Assembly: GCA_045119035.1 (NCBI GenBank)
Contig: JBGVCU010000042.1
Coordinates: forward strand, 3,984 to 67,983
DNA: 64,000 nt
Reading direction: 5' to 3'
Origin: Bacilli bacterium
Lineage (GTDB): Bacteria > Bacillota_I > Bacilli_A > ML615J-28 > CAG-313
Shown: piece by piece, positions 19,373-28,886 of the stretch
How positions within the stretch are numbered: the stretch's first letter is position 1
Layout of the letters: every line of letters starts with the position of its first letter
The notes under the pieces: generated by a model
Seen by the model: only the letters and a program-made list of their open reading frames with translations
Told to the model about the DNA's origin: nothing
The model's database searches: none
Position numbers and translations under genes: made by a program

Positions 19373-21982
19373 TTACTTATTTTTTCTTCTTTCTATGAAT
19401 TTATGAACTTCCATAATAGCCACCATTACTAAAGATAATCCAATACAAATCATAAATTGTACAAATGAAAGTGGAGTAAATTCAAATAAATCTCTAACAC
19501 CAACCATATAAATTACAATTACTTGTAAAGAGAATCCTAATATAAAAGCAAAATTCATAAAGCTATTTTTATAAGATTTTTTGCTAAATACAGAGTTTTT
19601 AGATTTAACATTATAAGCATGGAAAAGTTGTGTAGAAGAAAGTGTTAAAAAAGCCATAGTTTGTCCAACTGAATGAGCAATTTCTTCTTCTAAACCAAAG
19701 GCATATGAACCTACCATATAAGCAATTAATGTAACTAATCCAATTATAATTCCTTCAAATACTATTTTCCAAGCATAACCGTCAGAGAAGAAACCATCTT
19801 TTTTACTTCTTGGTTTTTGGTCCATAATTGATTCTTCGGCTTCTTCCATTCCGATACCAAATGCAGGAAGCGAATCAGTAATTAAATTAATCCAAAGTAA
19901 ATGCATTGCTGCAAGTGGTGTTCCTAAATTAAGAATACCAAATGCAGTAAGAAGCGATGCAATAAAGATTGTTAATACTTCACCGATATTACTAGAAAGT
20001 AAATATTTTACACATTTACGAATATTATCATAAATTCCTCTACCTTGTTTTACAGCACTTACAATTGTAGAAAAATTATCATCTGTTAAAATCATATCAG
20101 CAGCTTCTTTAGATACATCAGTACCAGTAATACCCATAGCACATCCAATTTCTGCTTTTTTAAGTGCTGGAGCGTCATTTACACCATCACCTGTCATTGC
20201 ACAAATTGCATCATTTTTTTGCCATGCTTCTACAATTCTTACCTTATCTTTTGGTGCAACACGTGCAAATACACTAAATTCATGAATATGTTCTTCTAAA
20301 TATTCATCACTTAATTCATCTAATTCTTGAGAAGTGATAGCACGATCTCCTTCTTTTAAAATACCTAATTCTTTAGCAATAGCACAAGCAGTAACAATAT
20401 GGTCACCTGTAATCATTACAGTTTTAATACCAGCTTTTGTAGCAATTTGAATAGCATCTTTAACTTCTGGTCTAGCTGGATCAATCATACCTACAAGGCC
20501 AATAAATTTTAAATCTTTTTCTAACATTTCTAAAGATGGTAAAGTATCAAATTCTTGAATACCTAAAGCAAGTACACGAAGAGCACTTTCAGCCATCTCT
20601 TTATTTGCAAGTAATGCTTTATCAAGTTCATCTTTACTATTTACTGACATGTTAATTACTCTATCAGGAGCACCTTTTGTAATAGAAATAAATTTATCAT
20701 TTACCTTAATAACTGTAGTCATTAATTTTCTTTCACTATCAAATGGAATATCTAGTAATCTTTGAAAATTATGAATATTTTCACCACATGCTATATTTAA
20801 ATCTAATAAAGCAAGTTCAGTTGGATCTCCAATTCTTACAAAATTTCCATCTTTTTTCTCAATAGAAGCATCACAACATACAGCAAAATATGTAATCATT
20901 GTTTTTTCTTCTTTTGTAATATCTTTAATATCTTTGATTTCATTCAAATAAATTTTTGTTACAGTCATCTTATTTTGAGTAAGAGTACCAGTTTTATCAG
21001 AACAAATTACATTACATGAACCAAGTGTTTCAACAGCTGGAAGTTTTTTAACAATTGCATTTTGTTTAGACATTTTTGTAACACCAATTGATAATACAAT
21101 AGTAACAACAGTAGCAAGACCCTCAGGTATTGCAGCAACAGCAAGTGCAACAGCTGTAATAAAGGCTTCACTAAATTTTGACCAATTCCAACTAACAGCA
21201 ATCATTTCTAAAATAAACACTACAGCACAAACACCAAGTGCCATAATACCAATTGCAGAACCAACTTTGTTTAATTTTTGTTGAAGTGGAGTTAATTCTT
21301 CTTTTTGTTCATTTAACATATTTGCAATTTTACCAATTTCAGTATTCATTCCAACTGCAGTAACAATTGCTCTTGCTTTTCCGTTTGTAACATAAGTTGA
21401 TGAAAATAAACAATTTTTCATATCACCTAAAGCGATATCTTCTTTTTCAATAAAATTACTATGTTTATCAACTGGAACACTTTCTCCGGTTAAAGCAGCT
21501 TCTTCAACCTTTAAATTTGTACATTCAATAATTCTAGCATCTGCTGGAATTGAATCTCCTGCTTCTACTAAAATAATATCTCCAACTACTAAATCAATAG
21601 CATCAATTGTTTGTAAACTATTGTTTCTAATTACTTTACAACTTGCCGCACTCATTTTCTTAAGTGCTTCTAAGCTTTTTTCTGCTTTATTCTCTTGATA
21701 TAAACCAAGAATTGCATTAATTAATACAACAATACCAATAATAACAGATTCAATCCATTCATGTGGATCCACTATTACAGAAATAATCGCTGCAACAATT
21801 AAAATAATTATTAATGGATCTTTAAATTGTAATAAAAATTTGATAAAAAGTGGTGTCTTTTTCTTTTCTTCTAAAGCGTTCTTTCCATACTTGTTAAAAT
21901 TTTCTTTTACTTGAATTTCGTCAAGACCACCATTTAAATTAGAATTAAATTCTAATTCTAATTCTTTTAAAGTTTTTTGCAT
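19373..21982 (-). CDS. P2A-type cation-transporting ATPase (Mn2+/Ca2+ exporter, YoaB-like)
   Basis: TGES, AIPEGL, DKTGTLT, KGAP, MITGD, GDGVND and LITDSLPA motifs; preceded by a yybP-ykoY riboswitch. Confidence 0.95.
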   Translation of the reverse strand: MQKTLKELELEFNSNLNGGLDEIQVKENFNKYGKNALEEKKKTPLFIKFLLQFKDPLIIILIVAAIISVIVDPHEWIESVIIGIVVLINAILGLYQENKAEKSLEALKKMSAASCKVIRNNSLQTIDAIDLVVGDIILVEAGDSIPADARIIECTNLKVEEAALTGESVPVDKHSNFIEKEDIALGDMKNCLFSSTYVTNGKARAIVTAVGMNTEIGKIANMLNEQKEELTPLQQKLNKVGSAIGIMALGVCAVVFILEMIAVSWNWSKFSEAFITAVALAVAAIPEGLATVVTIVLSIGVTKMSKQNAIVKKLPAVETLGSCNVICSDKTGTLTQNKMTVTKIYLNEIKDIKDITKEEKTMITYFAVCCDASIEKKDGNFVRIGDPTELALLDLNIACGENIHNFQRLLDIPFDSERKLMTTVIKVNDKFISITKGAPDRVINMSVNSKDELDKALLANKEMAESALRVLALGIQEFDTLPSLEMLEKDLKFIGLVGMIDPARPEVKDAIQIATKAGIKTVMITGDHIVTACAIAKELGILKEGDRAITSQELDELSDEYLEEHIHEFSVFARVAPKDKVRIVEAWQKNDAICAMTGDGVNDAPALKKAEIGCAMGITGTDVSKEAADMILTDDNFSTIVSAVKQGRGIYDNIRKCVKYLLSSNIGEVLTIFIASLLTAFGILNLGTPLAAMHLLWINLITDSLPAFGIGMEEAEESIMDQKPRSKKDGFFSDGYAWKIVFEGIIIGLVTLIAYMVGSYAFGLEEEIAHSVGQTMAFLTLSSTQLFHAYNVKSKNSVFSKKSYKNSFMNFAFILGFSLQVIVIYMVGVRDLFEFTPLSFVQFMICIGLSLVMVAIMEVHKFIERRKNK

Positions 21983-22007
21983 ATAATCCTCCTAAATTTT
22001 TGCATAA

Positions 22008-22145
22008 TAAAAAAGACCTATTCAAACAAAATTGAATAAAGGTCTTGCATATCATGTGATAACTATAACCGGATAATTTTATATTATCGTGATGACGATT
22101 ATAGTATTAGTAATTATACTAATAGCTACTCCCCTTTAAAGGACT
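22008..22145 (-). promoter_or_regulatory. yybP-ykoY (Mn2+) riboswitch with intrinsic terminator
   Basis: Minus strand AAAGGGGAGUAGC...CGUCAUCACG...CCGG...GCAAGACCUUUAU; overlapping terminator ending GGUCUUUUU; TTGACA-17-TAAAAT promoter at 22188-22160. Confidence 0.9.
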
Positions 22146-22282
22146 TTCTATATGGTAATATTTTACATCATTTTAATTAATTTGTCAAATGTTTTTCTTT
22201 TTTATAGTATATTTTATGTTTATTTTATAATTATATTCATTAAAAAAAGCGAACTCTATAAAGAGTTCACTTAAATTACTTA

Positions 22283-23356
22283 CTAGAATAAGTTAGCAAG
22301 ATATTTAATAGTTTTAACCATTTGGCTTGTGTATGAATTTTCATTATCATACCAAGAAACTACTTGAACTTGGTATAATCCTTCACCAATTTTTGAAACC
22401 ATTGTTTGAGTTGCATCAAATAATGAACCATATCTCATTCCGATAACGTCTGAAGAAACGATTTGATCTTCATTGTATCCATAAGATTCATTAGCAACTG
22501 ATTTCATATAAGCATTGATTGCTTCTTTAGTGATGTCATTTCCTTTAACTACTGCAGTTAAGATTGTTGAAGATCCTGTAGGAACTGGAACACGTTGTGC
22601 AGAACCGATTAATTTTCCGTTTAATTCAGGAATAACTAATCCGATAGCTTTAGCAGCACCAGTTGAGTTAGGAACAATGTTAGCTGCACCAGCTCTTGCT
22701 CTTCTTAAGTCACCTTTTCTGTGTGGTCCGTCTAAGATCATTTGGTCACCAGTATAAGCATGGATTGTAGCCATGATACCAGTTTGGATTTCTGCGAAAT
22801 CATTTAAAGCTTTAGCCATTGGAGCTAAGCAGTTTGTAGTACAAGAAGCTGCAGAAATAATTGTATCTTCTTTAGTTAAGATGTGTTCGTTTACTCCGTA
22901 AACAACTGTAGGTAAATCATTACCAGCAGGAGCAGAAATAACTACATATTTAGCACCAGCATCGATATGAGCTTGTGATTTAGCTTTTGAGCAATAGAAT
23001 CCAGTACATTCTAATACTACATCAACACCTAAATCTCCCCAAGGAAGTAATTCAGCTTTAGGTTGAGCATAAATTGTGATTTCTTTTCCATCAACAGTGA
23101 TTGAACCTGGAACAACAACAGTTTTTCCATCTTCAGCGAATTGAGGATCTTTTGCAGATACAGTGTGTTTGTTTTCTCCGATATAACCAGCATATCCACC
23201 TTGAGCTGTATCATATTTTAATAAATTTGCTAACATTTTAGGGCTTGTTAAGTCATTGATTGCAACGATTTCATATCCTTCAGCACCAAACATTTGTCTG
23301 AAAGCTAAACGTCCAATACGACCAAATCCATTGATAGCTACTTTTACATTTGCCAT
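22283..23356 (-). CDS. gap: Type I glyceraldehyde-3-phosphate dehydrogenase
   Basis: [27 protein letters not shown] and SWYDNE motifs. Confidence 0.98.
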   Translation of the reverse strand: MANVKVAINGFGRIGRLAFRQMFGAEGYEIVAINDLTSPKMLANLLKYDTAQGGYAGYIGENKHTVSAKDPQFAEDGKTVVVPGSITVDGKEITIYAQPKAELLPWGDLGVDVVLECTGFYCSKAKSQAHIDAGAKYVVISAPAGNDLPTVVYGVNEHILTKEDTIISAASCTTNCLAPMAKALNDFAEIQTGIMATIHAYTGDQMILDGPHRKGDLRRARAGAANIVPNSTGAAKAIGLVIPELNGKLIGSAQRVPVPTGSSTILTAVVKGNDITKEAINAYMKSVANESYGYNEDQIVSSDVIGMRYGSLFDATQTMVSKIGEGLYQVQVVSWYDNENSYTSQMVKTIKYLANLF

Positions 23357-23587
23357 TTTAATTTCCTCCTATATTTTTTTATTAAATTTATAAAATGGTT
23401 TTTACTTATATATTATACCACTTTTAAAATGTGATTTCAATGGTTTTACTTTAAGTAAAACCTTTTCATTTTTTTATTTTATTATAAAATTTTATTTACA
23501 TTAAATGGTTAATTAAGATATTGAATAGGAAAATCAAATTCATATGTGAATTATTATATTAAATATTTTTATATATTACGCATTTAA

Positions 23588-24349
23588 TTATTTCTTATTT
23601 ATTCTATTATACCATCTATTTTCTTTTGGATAAACACATAATTCACATATTGAAAACATTCCAAAATATAAAAATATTGAACATAGTGCTATTATCGGAT
23701 ATTTTAAAAATGGAATTGATGAAAATGGGGAATGAATAATAAACATAGAATTAACTGAATAAGCAAGTTCTTTTGATCCTATTATTTCAAATAGTTTATT
23801 ACAGTATAACCCTATTACATACATCATTATAATTGAAATTACTATATGGATCATATTTTTTATTAAATCAACTTTAATATGTCCAAATGTTTTAATAAGT
23901 AAAATGTTAAATAATAAAGTAGCATGAGCAAGGATACTCTTAGTTACTTCATAATCTTTTAATGTAGGATTATTAATAAAATCTACATTCGCAAACATTC
24001 CAACTAGTGTTGAGAAAATTCCAAACCAAAATAAATAATCAGCTAAATATAAAGAAAATTTTGAATTTTTATTTCTTATCAATCCATAAATTAAACATCC
24101 CCACATAACAATATTGCATGGATATATTGGTAATAATAAATTTGGATTCTCTTTTAAATATTCCATTGGTGAATCATTTATAATATAAAGATATATAAAT
24201 GTACTATAGTGACATAAAATTGTAACTATTGCTGAAATCAATAAAATTAAATTTCCAGTCTTATCTTTTTTAACATATTTTTTACAAATAACCAACATAC
24301 CAATTATTATTAATACTAATATTGAATTAAAAATTATTAATTTGCCCAT
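23588..24349 (-). CDS. Membrane protein, YwaF/TMEM164-like
   Basis: Six TM segments; LPIYPCNI and AHA motifs. Confidence 0.6.
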   Translation of the reverse strand: MGKLIIFNSILVLIIIGMLVICKKYVKKDKTGNLILLISAIVTILCHYSTFIYLYIINDSPMEYLKENPNLLLPIYPCNIVMWGCLIYGLIRNKNSKFSLYLADYLFWFGIFSTLVGMFANVDFINNPTLKDYEVTKSILAHATLLFNILLIKTFGHIKVDLIKNMIHIVISIIMMYVIGLYCNKLFEIIGSKELAYSVNSMFIIHSPFSSIPFLKYPIIALCSIFLYFGMFSICELCVYPKENRWYNRINKK

Positions 24350-24393
24350 CTATATTACCTCGTGATTTCTACTACATTTTAATATTAATTAAG

Positions 24394-24744
24394 TTATCTA
24401 AAATACTTGATTGTACATTTACCATCTATAGTAAATGTTTCAATTTCATATTTTAATGGCCCTTCTTTATAAATTTCATCATAAATATTTTTTAGGTCAT
24501 CTGTATTACCATAAACAATTTTCCAACCATCATCTGGTAATTCTATTCTAATATTTGAATCTTTTATTTTACCACTTTTAAGACCTATTGCATAAAATAT
24601 ATTCCCATTTTCCCATTTGTAACCTAAACCTATAAGATTTTCTAATCCGTATAGTAAAGATAATTCATCCCAAAAATATCCAATAGTATTATACTGATCT
24701 TCGTTTTTTAATGAAAATTCTTTTGATATTCCAATAAATATCAT
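24394..24744 (-). CDS. GyrI-like/Cass2 effector-binding small protein
   Basis: IGYFWDE, YAIG, LP..W....G, IY.EIY and YEIE pattern. Confidence 0.55.
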   Translation of the reverse strand: MIFIGISKEFSLKNEDQYNTIGYFWDELSLLYGLENLIGLGYKWENGNIFYAIGLKSGKIKDSNIRIELPDDGWKIVYGNTDDLKNIYDEIYKEGPLKYEIETFTIDGKCTIKYFR

Positions 24745-24761
24745 AACTTTCCCCTTATATT

Positions 24762-25745
24762 TTAATTAATTAATGCTTCAACAACATTCTTTTCAATAAA
24801 TTCTACTCTATCAAAAATCATAGGTTTGAAATATCCTGTTACTGAAACAACTATATTATGATTTTTGTTAATATAAATAACATTCCCTCCATCACCAATT
24901 GCAGCAATTACATCACTACTTCTATGCGGTAACCACCATAAATAACCATAATCTTGATTGCCAAATTTATAATCTAAGGAAACGTATGATTGAGTCATTT
25001 CATTTAAATATTTTTCACTAATGACTCTTACATTATTATAAACTCCATTATTTAAAACCAGCAAACCAACTTGTGCCATTTCATAAGCTGACATTGATAT
25101 TCCCCAACCTGCTGTAGGCATATCAGTAGGATCCATAAACCAAACTTTCCCATGGGGATCTCTATTCATTAAATAATTAAATTGATCTTCTTTAGATGTA
25201 CAATTAGCATTAACTCTTGGTTCAATTCCTAATGGTTTAAATAAATATTCATTTGCAAATTCTAATACATTCATTCCACTTGCTTGTCTGATTATTCCTA
25301 ATAAAATTTGAGTTCCTAATGTATGATATCTAAATTCATTAGTAATACCATTTCTACCACCCAACGAGTCTAAAATGGTTAAGGACCAATCATCTGATGT
25401 GCATACTTTTTTCCAAGGTTCACTTTTCCCTTTATAAGGAGCTAACATTGTTAATAAATGTTTAATTGTTACTTCATAAATAGTTTTTTCTCCTCTTTTA
25501 GGAGTATAAACATATTTATAATAATCCATTACAAAATCATCAACACTGTTAATATAACCTTTATCAATTGCAATACCAATTAATAAAGATGTTATTGATT
25601 TAGTAACACTCATTACATTCATTGTATCTTCTTTAGTAAATCCTTCTTTATATTCTTCTATTTCTAATACATTATCTTTATATGCAACTATTTGTCTAAT
25701 GTTAATATCATTTTTGCTTGAATAATTATTTAAAACTTTCTTCAT
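24762..25745 (-). CDS. Serine hydrolase, class C beta-lactamase-like fold
   Basis: MSVTKS (SxxK), TIKHLLTM, FRY, YGYLWW and AIGDGG motifs. Confidence 0.88.
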   Translation of the reverse strand: MKKVLNNYSSKNDINIRQIVAYKDNVLEIEEYKEGFTKEDTMNVMSVTKSITSLLIGIAIDKGYINSVDDFVMDYYKYVYTPKRGEKTIYEVTIKHLLTMLAPYKGKSEPWKKVCTSDDWSLTILDSLGGRNGITNEFRYHTLGTQILLGIIRQASGMNVLEFANEYLFKPLGIEPRVNANCTSKEDQFNYLMNRDPHGKVWFMDPTDMPTAGWGISMSAYEMAQVGLLVLNNGVYNNVRVISEKYLNEMTQSYVSLDYKFGNQDYGYLWWLPHRSSDVIAAIGDGGNVIYINKNHNIVVSVTGYFKPMIFDRVEFIEKNVVEALIN

Positions 25746-25790
25746 AATTAAGTCACCTACTAATCGTTAAATTCTGATTTATATGTCATT

Positions 25791-25986
25791 ATTATACACT
25801 AGAACTAATTTAATTTCAACTATTATCTCTTATAGGTTCGAGTGCATGGTCAGTCTTCTTAAGTGTTTAAATCTAAACGTTTCATAAATTTATAAAAAAA
25901 GAGGATTTTCTAACTTAAAATGTTTAAAATACCCTATAAAAATAAAAAAAAGACCCTCTTCCAGAAGACCTATAAATTTCAAAATG
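25791..25986. repeat. Copy A of the islet repeat module (terminator-like hairpin, GGTTCGAG, sigmaA promoter on the minus strand)
   Basis: Colinear by eye with 28333-28575; shared blocks attatctctta, ggttcgag, tggtcagtct, tttaaatctaaa, aaataccctataaaaataaaaaaa and gaagacctata...tttcaaaatg; TTGAAA-17-TATAAT. Confidence 0.85.
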
Positions 25987-25990
25987 TGTC

Positions 25991-26090
25991 ATTACGACAA
26001 AAAGTGTTTTTTTAACATTTTACAAATCAGAAAGTGCTTTTTTCTTAATTTACAAAATAAAAAGTGTTAAATGTTACTTTTTGTCGTAAT
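25991..26090. repeat. 100-bp element with 15-bp terminal inverted repeats and internal 30-bp periodicity
   Basis: attacgacaaaaagt (25991) and actttttgtcgtaat (26076); aaagtg at 26001, 26031 and 26061. Confidence 0.75.
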
Positions 26091-26127
26091 AACCTTATTT
26101 TACATATAAAACAAAAATATCATTATA

Positions 26128-27465
26128 TTATAAACAAAATGCCATATAATAAGGTAAATATGTTATATTATCTTCTACTTTAATATCTCCATTATGTAAT
26201 ACATATAATCTTCCTATTTTTTTGTTAAATGTGTTTTTAAATTTTGTTAATGAAGAGATAGTATAGTTATTAGTAGATTTTACTTCAACTGGACATACTT
26301 TATTATTATGTCTAATTAAAAAGTCAATTTCCATTACTGTAGTTTTTAATTCTTTATCAGTTTTTTTATAATAGTAAATATTATGTCCATTTGCTTTTAA
26401 TAATTGTGACACAACATTCTCTATAATCATTCCCTCATTTATATGAAGTTTATCAAACAATATTGCTTCGTATAATTCGTTTTCAAGATAATCTTTATTT
26501 TTATAAGCAAGTGATACAAGTAACCCAGTATCTCCCATATAGCATTTAAAAGAAGGATCAGTAGTTGATAAGTTAAATGCAACACTAGGATCACTAACGT
26601 TTTCCGCAATATTAACAATCATTGCTTCATTTAACCATCTAACGGGTCCTTTGTATTCTCTACGTCTGGCACCATCAATGTGAGATAAAACAAATTGTTT
26701 ATCATGTTTAGAAAGTTCTGATGGAATATGCAGGAAGATATTTTTCACATACGTAGGGTTTTCTTCATCTTGTGTTTCAATATCATTTTCATATAGATTT
26801 AAAATATTTTGTTTAACAAAGTCTACTTTACCAAAATCTTTTGAAGTCGCATATTCAACTACTGCTTGTGGCATTCCTCCGACAAGAAGATATTCTCGAA
26901 AACTTTTCATTATATCTTTATTAATTTTTCCAAGAGGTTTCAATCTAGTGTAGTGCTCTTTTATTACATCAATTGTAATATCATCATTCATCGCCCACAT
27001 AAATTCTTCAAAATCCATTGGTAATACTTCTATTGTATATTCTTCTGATGGTATTAGTATATCTTTACTCTTTTTAGTTATAGAAGCAAGTGAACCTGTT
27101 TCCACAAAATCATATCTTTTATCTTCAAGTAATGTTTTCAATGCTTGTCTAGCTTCAGGAAATAACTGTATTTCATCTAAAATAATTAATGATTCTCTTA
27201 CGTATAATCTAGTTTTATAAAAAATTTGTAACTTATTAAAAAGGTAATCTAAATCTTCTAAAGAATTAACAAATAATTCTTTAATTTCATTAGGCGCTTT
27301 ATCAAATCTAATTTCAATAAATGACTTATATTCTTCCTTACCTAACTTTAAAGCAAGAGTCGATTTTCCAACACGTCTAGCTCCTTTTAAAAACAAAGCA
27401 TAATTAGGAGCATATTCATTCTTCCATTTAAGCATTTTATCATAAACTTTTCTTTTGAATTCCAT
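26128..27465 (-). CDS. AAA_14 ATPase with DUF4143 (PD-(D/E)xK-like) C-terminus
   Basis: GARRVGKS (Walker A), ILDEIQ, TGS, GGMP, GDTGLL, EIDFL and VEVKS motifs. Confidence 0.92.
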   Translation of the reverse strand: MEFKRKVYDKMLKWKNEYAPNYALFLKGARRVGKSTLALKLGKEEYKSFIEIRFDKAPNEIKELFVNSLEDLDYLFNKLQIFYKTRLYVRESLIILDEIQLFPEARQALKTLLEDKRYDFVETGSLASITKKSKDILIPSEEYTIEVLPMDFEEFMWAMNDDITIDVIKEHYTRLKPLGKINKDIMKSFREYLLVGGMPQAVVEYATSKDFGKVDFVKQNILNLYENDIETQDEENPTYVKNIFLHIPSELSKHDKQFVLSHIDGARRREYKGPVRWLNEAMIVNIAENVSDPSVAFNLSTTDPSFKCYMGDTGLLVSLAYKNKDYLENELYEAILFDKLHINEGMIIENVVSQLLKANGHNIYYYKKTDKELKTTVMEIDFLIRHNNKVCPVEVKSTNNYTISSLTKFKNTFNKKIGRLYVLHNGDIKVEDNITYLPYYMAFCL

Positions 27466-27481
27466 AACACATTACCTTTCT

Positions 27482-27559
27482 TCACAAATGCGAGTTTGAT
27501 TCAACTATATTATATCACAATTGCGATAACATTTCAATTATATTATATCACAATTGCGA
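27482..27559. promoter_or_regulatory. Three TCACAAWTGCGA direct repeats at 33-bp period overlapping the ATPase promoter
   Basis: Copies at 27482, 27515 and 27548; one lies within the minus-strand TTGAAA-17-TATAAT promoter. Confidence 0.75.
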
Positions 27560-27700
27560 AGAAATTATACATAAAAAATAAAGGACTAGATTAAAATCTA
27601 GTCATACTTAATGTGTGCAAGATGAAAAGTTCTTAATGTAACTTTTAATAATAATAAATCACTTACCATACCATATGATTTACATTTATTTAGTCTATTT

Positions 27701-28286
27701 TTAAATACCTAAAATAGTAAAACATTTATATTTTTTAATGGCATATTCTACCCATTCATTTATTTCTAAAATAGCTATTTGAATGCATTCTGAATAATTA
27801 GAAAGATTTTCTTTAATTCTAGCCCATCCTTTTTCATCAATAATTGTACTTCCATAATAATCATAATTAGGAATATTATCTTCAAAGATTTTCCATAGTT
27901 CTATCTCATCCATAATCGAATCATCTATATACAAAGATAATTCATTCCAATACTCCATTTTTGGTTTTCCAAATGCAAATTCATGATAGAATGTGCCTTC
28001 TCTTTCATGATTCAAAATAAAATATTTATACTTAAAATCTTCAAAATTAAATTTTAATTTAAAATCATTAAAACATTCAGGACAAATCCAATAATAAAAA
28101 TCTTTTGTGCAGAATGCTAAATCTATATTTTCAATCTTTTCAAAACAAAACTCGCAATGTTCATGAAATCTACCTTTTTTCTTAAATTTATTTTTATATT
28201 CTAAAATATTTACTTTAATAAACTTTTACTTTAATAAACTTTTTATTTGATAAATATTCTTCTTGTCCAAATAATCTCCAACTCAT
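27701..28286 (-). pseudogene. Two-domain hypothetical gene broken by a 16-bp tandem duplication
   Basis: tactttaataaacttt repeated at 28211-28242; removing one copy restores a 189-aa ORF from ATG 28286 (MSWRLFGQEEYL..HEHCEFC..WICPECF..) into the 27701-28015 frame. Confidence 0.85.
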
Positions 28287-28332
28287 ATATAAAATATCCT
28301 TTATCATAACTTTTAATTTATTCTACAATATT

Positions 28333-28575
28333 ATTATACATCAAAAACAAAATAATTTCCACCATTATCTCTTATTGGTTCGAGTCCCATCAGAACCTAA
28401 CATTCGAATCCCGTAAGTTAATGGTTCGAGTACGTGGTCAGTCTCACCTAGTCTTTAAATCTAAATGTTTCATAAATGAATAAAAAAGTAAGGTATTCTA
28501 ACTAAAACTAGCTAAAATACCCTATAAAAATAAAAAAAGCTCCTCTTTTAAAGAAGACCTATAGATTTCAAAATG
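28333..28575. repeat. Copy B of the islet repeat module, abutting the tRNA-Gly 3' end, with a 46-bp tRNA-derived insert
   Basis: Similar to 25791-25986; ggttcgagt duplicated at 28377 and 28423. Confidence 0.85.
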
Positions 28576-28647
28576 GAGCGGGTGATGGGAATCGAACCCA
28601 CGTAGTCAGCTTGGAAGGCTGAAGTTCTACCGTTGAACTACACCCGC
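28574..28647 (-). tRNA. tRNA-Gly(TCC)
   Basis: GCGGGTGTAGTTCAACGGTAGAACTTCAGCCTTCCAAGCTGA...GGTTCGATTCCCATCACCCGCTCCA. Confidence 0.97.
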
Positions 28648-28659
28648 ATTTTATTTAAA

Positions 28660-28736
28660 TGGTCGGGACTGCAGGATTCGAACCTGTGACCCTCTGGTCC
28701 CAAACCAGATGCTCTACCAAGCTGAGCTAAGTCCCG
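28660..28736 (-). tRNA. tRNA-Pro(TGG)
   Basis: CGGGACTTAGCTCAGCTTGGTAGAGCATCTGGTTTGGGACCAGA...GGTTCGAATCCTGCAGTCCCGACCA. Confidence 0.97.
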
Positions 28737-28753
28737 TACTTAAATGCTTATAT

Positions 28754-28783
28754 ATTATAGCATACTTAATATAATATTGTCAA
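28754..28783 (-). promoter_or_regulatory. sigmaA promoter for tRNA-Pro/Gly
   Basis: TTGACA-18-TATAAT with extended TG. Confidence 0.75.
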
Positions 28784-28800
28784 GAAATATGTTTTAAAAA

Positions 28801-28877
28801 TGGCGCGCACGAGAAGATTCGAACTCCCAACACCTTGATCCGTAGTCAAGTACTCTATCCAATTGAGCTACGTGCGC
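28801..28877 (-). tRNA. tRNA-Arg(ACG)
   Basis: GCGCACGTAGCTCAATTGGATAGAGTACTTGACTACGGATCAAG...GTTCGAATCTTCTCGTGCGCGCCA. Confidence 0.97.
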
Positions 28878-28886
28878 ATATAAAAA

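Noticed and set aside
23445-23470. cre (CcpA) site upstream of gap
   Set aside because: TGAAAAGGTTTTAC lacks the central CG of the cre consensus and is too weak to call.
25991-26090. Integron attC site
   Set aside because: No proper RYYYAAC/GTTRRRY core pair at the ends and no intI gene in the window.
28364-28448. A sixth tRNA gene on the plus strand
   Set aside because: Only T-arm and 3' acceptor fragments are present; there is no D-arm or anticodon arm.
25791-28575. CRISPR array
   Set aside because: Only 2-3 degenerate copies of each repeat, no regular 23-47-bp repeat with unique spacers, and no cas genes.
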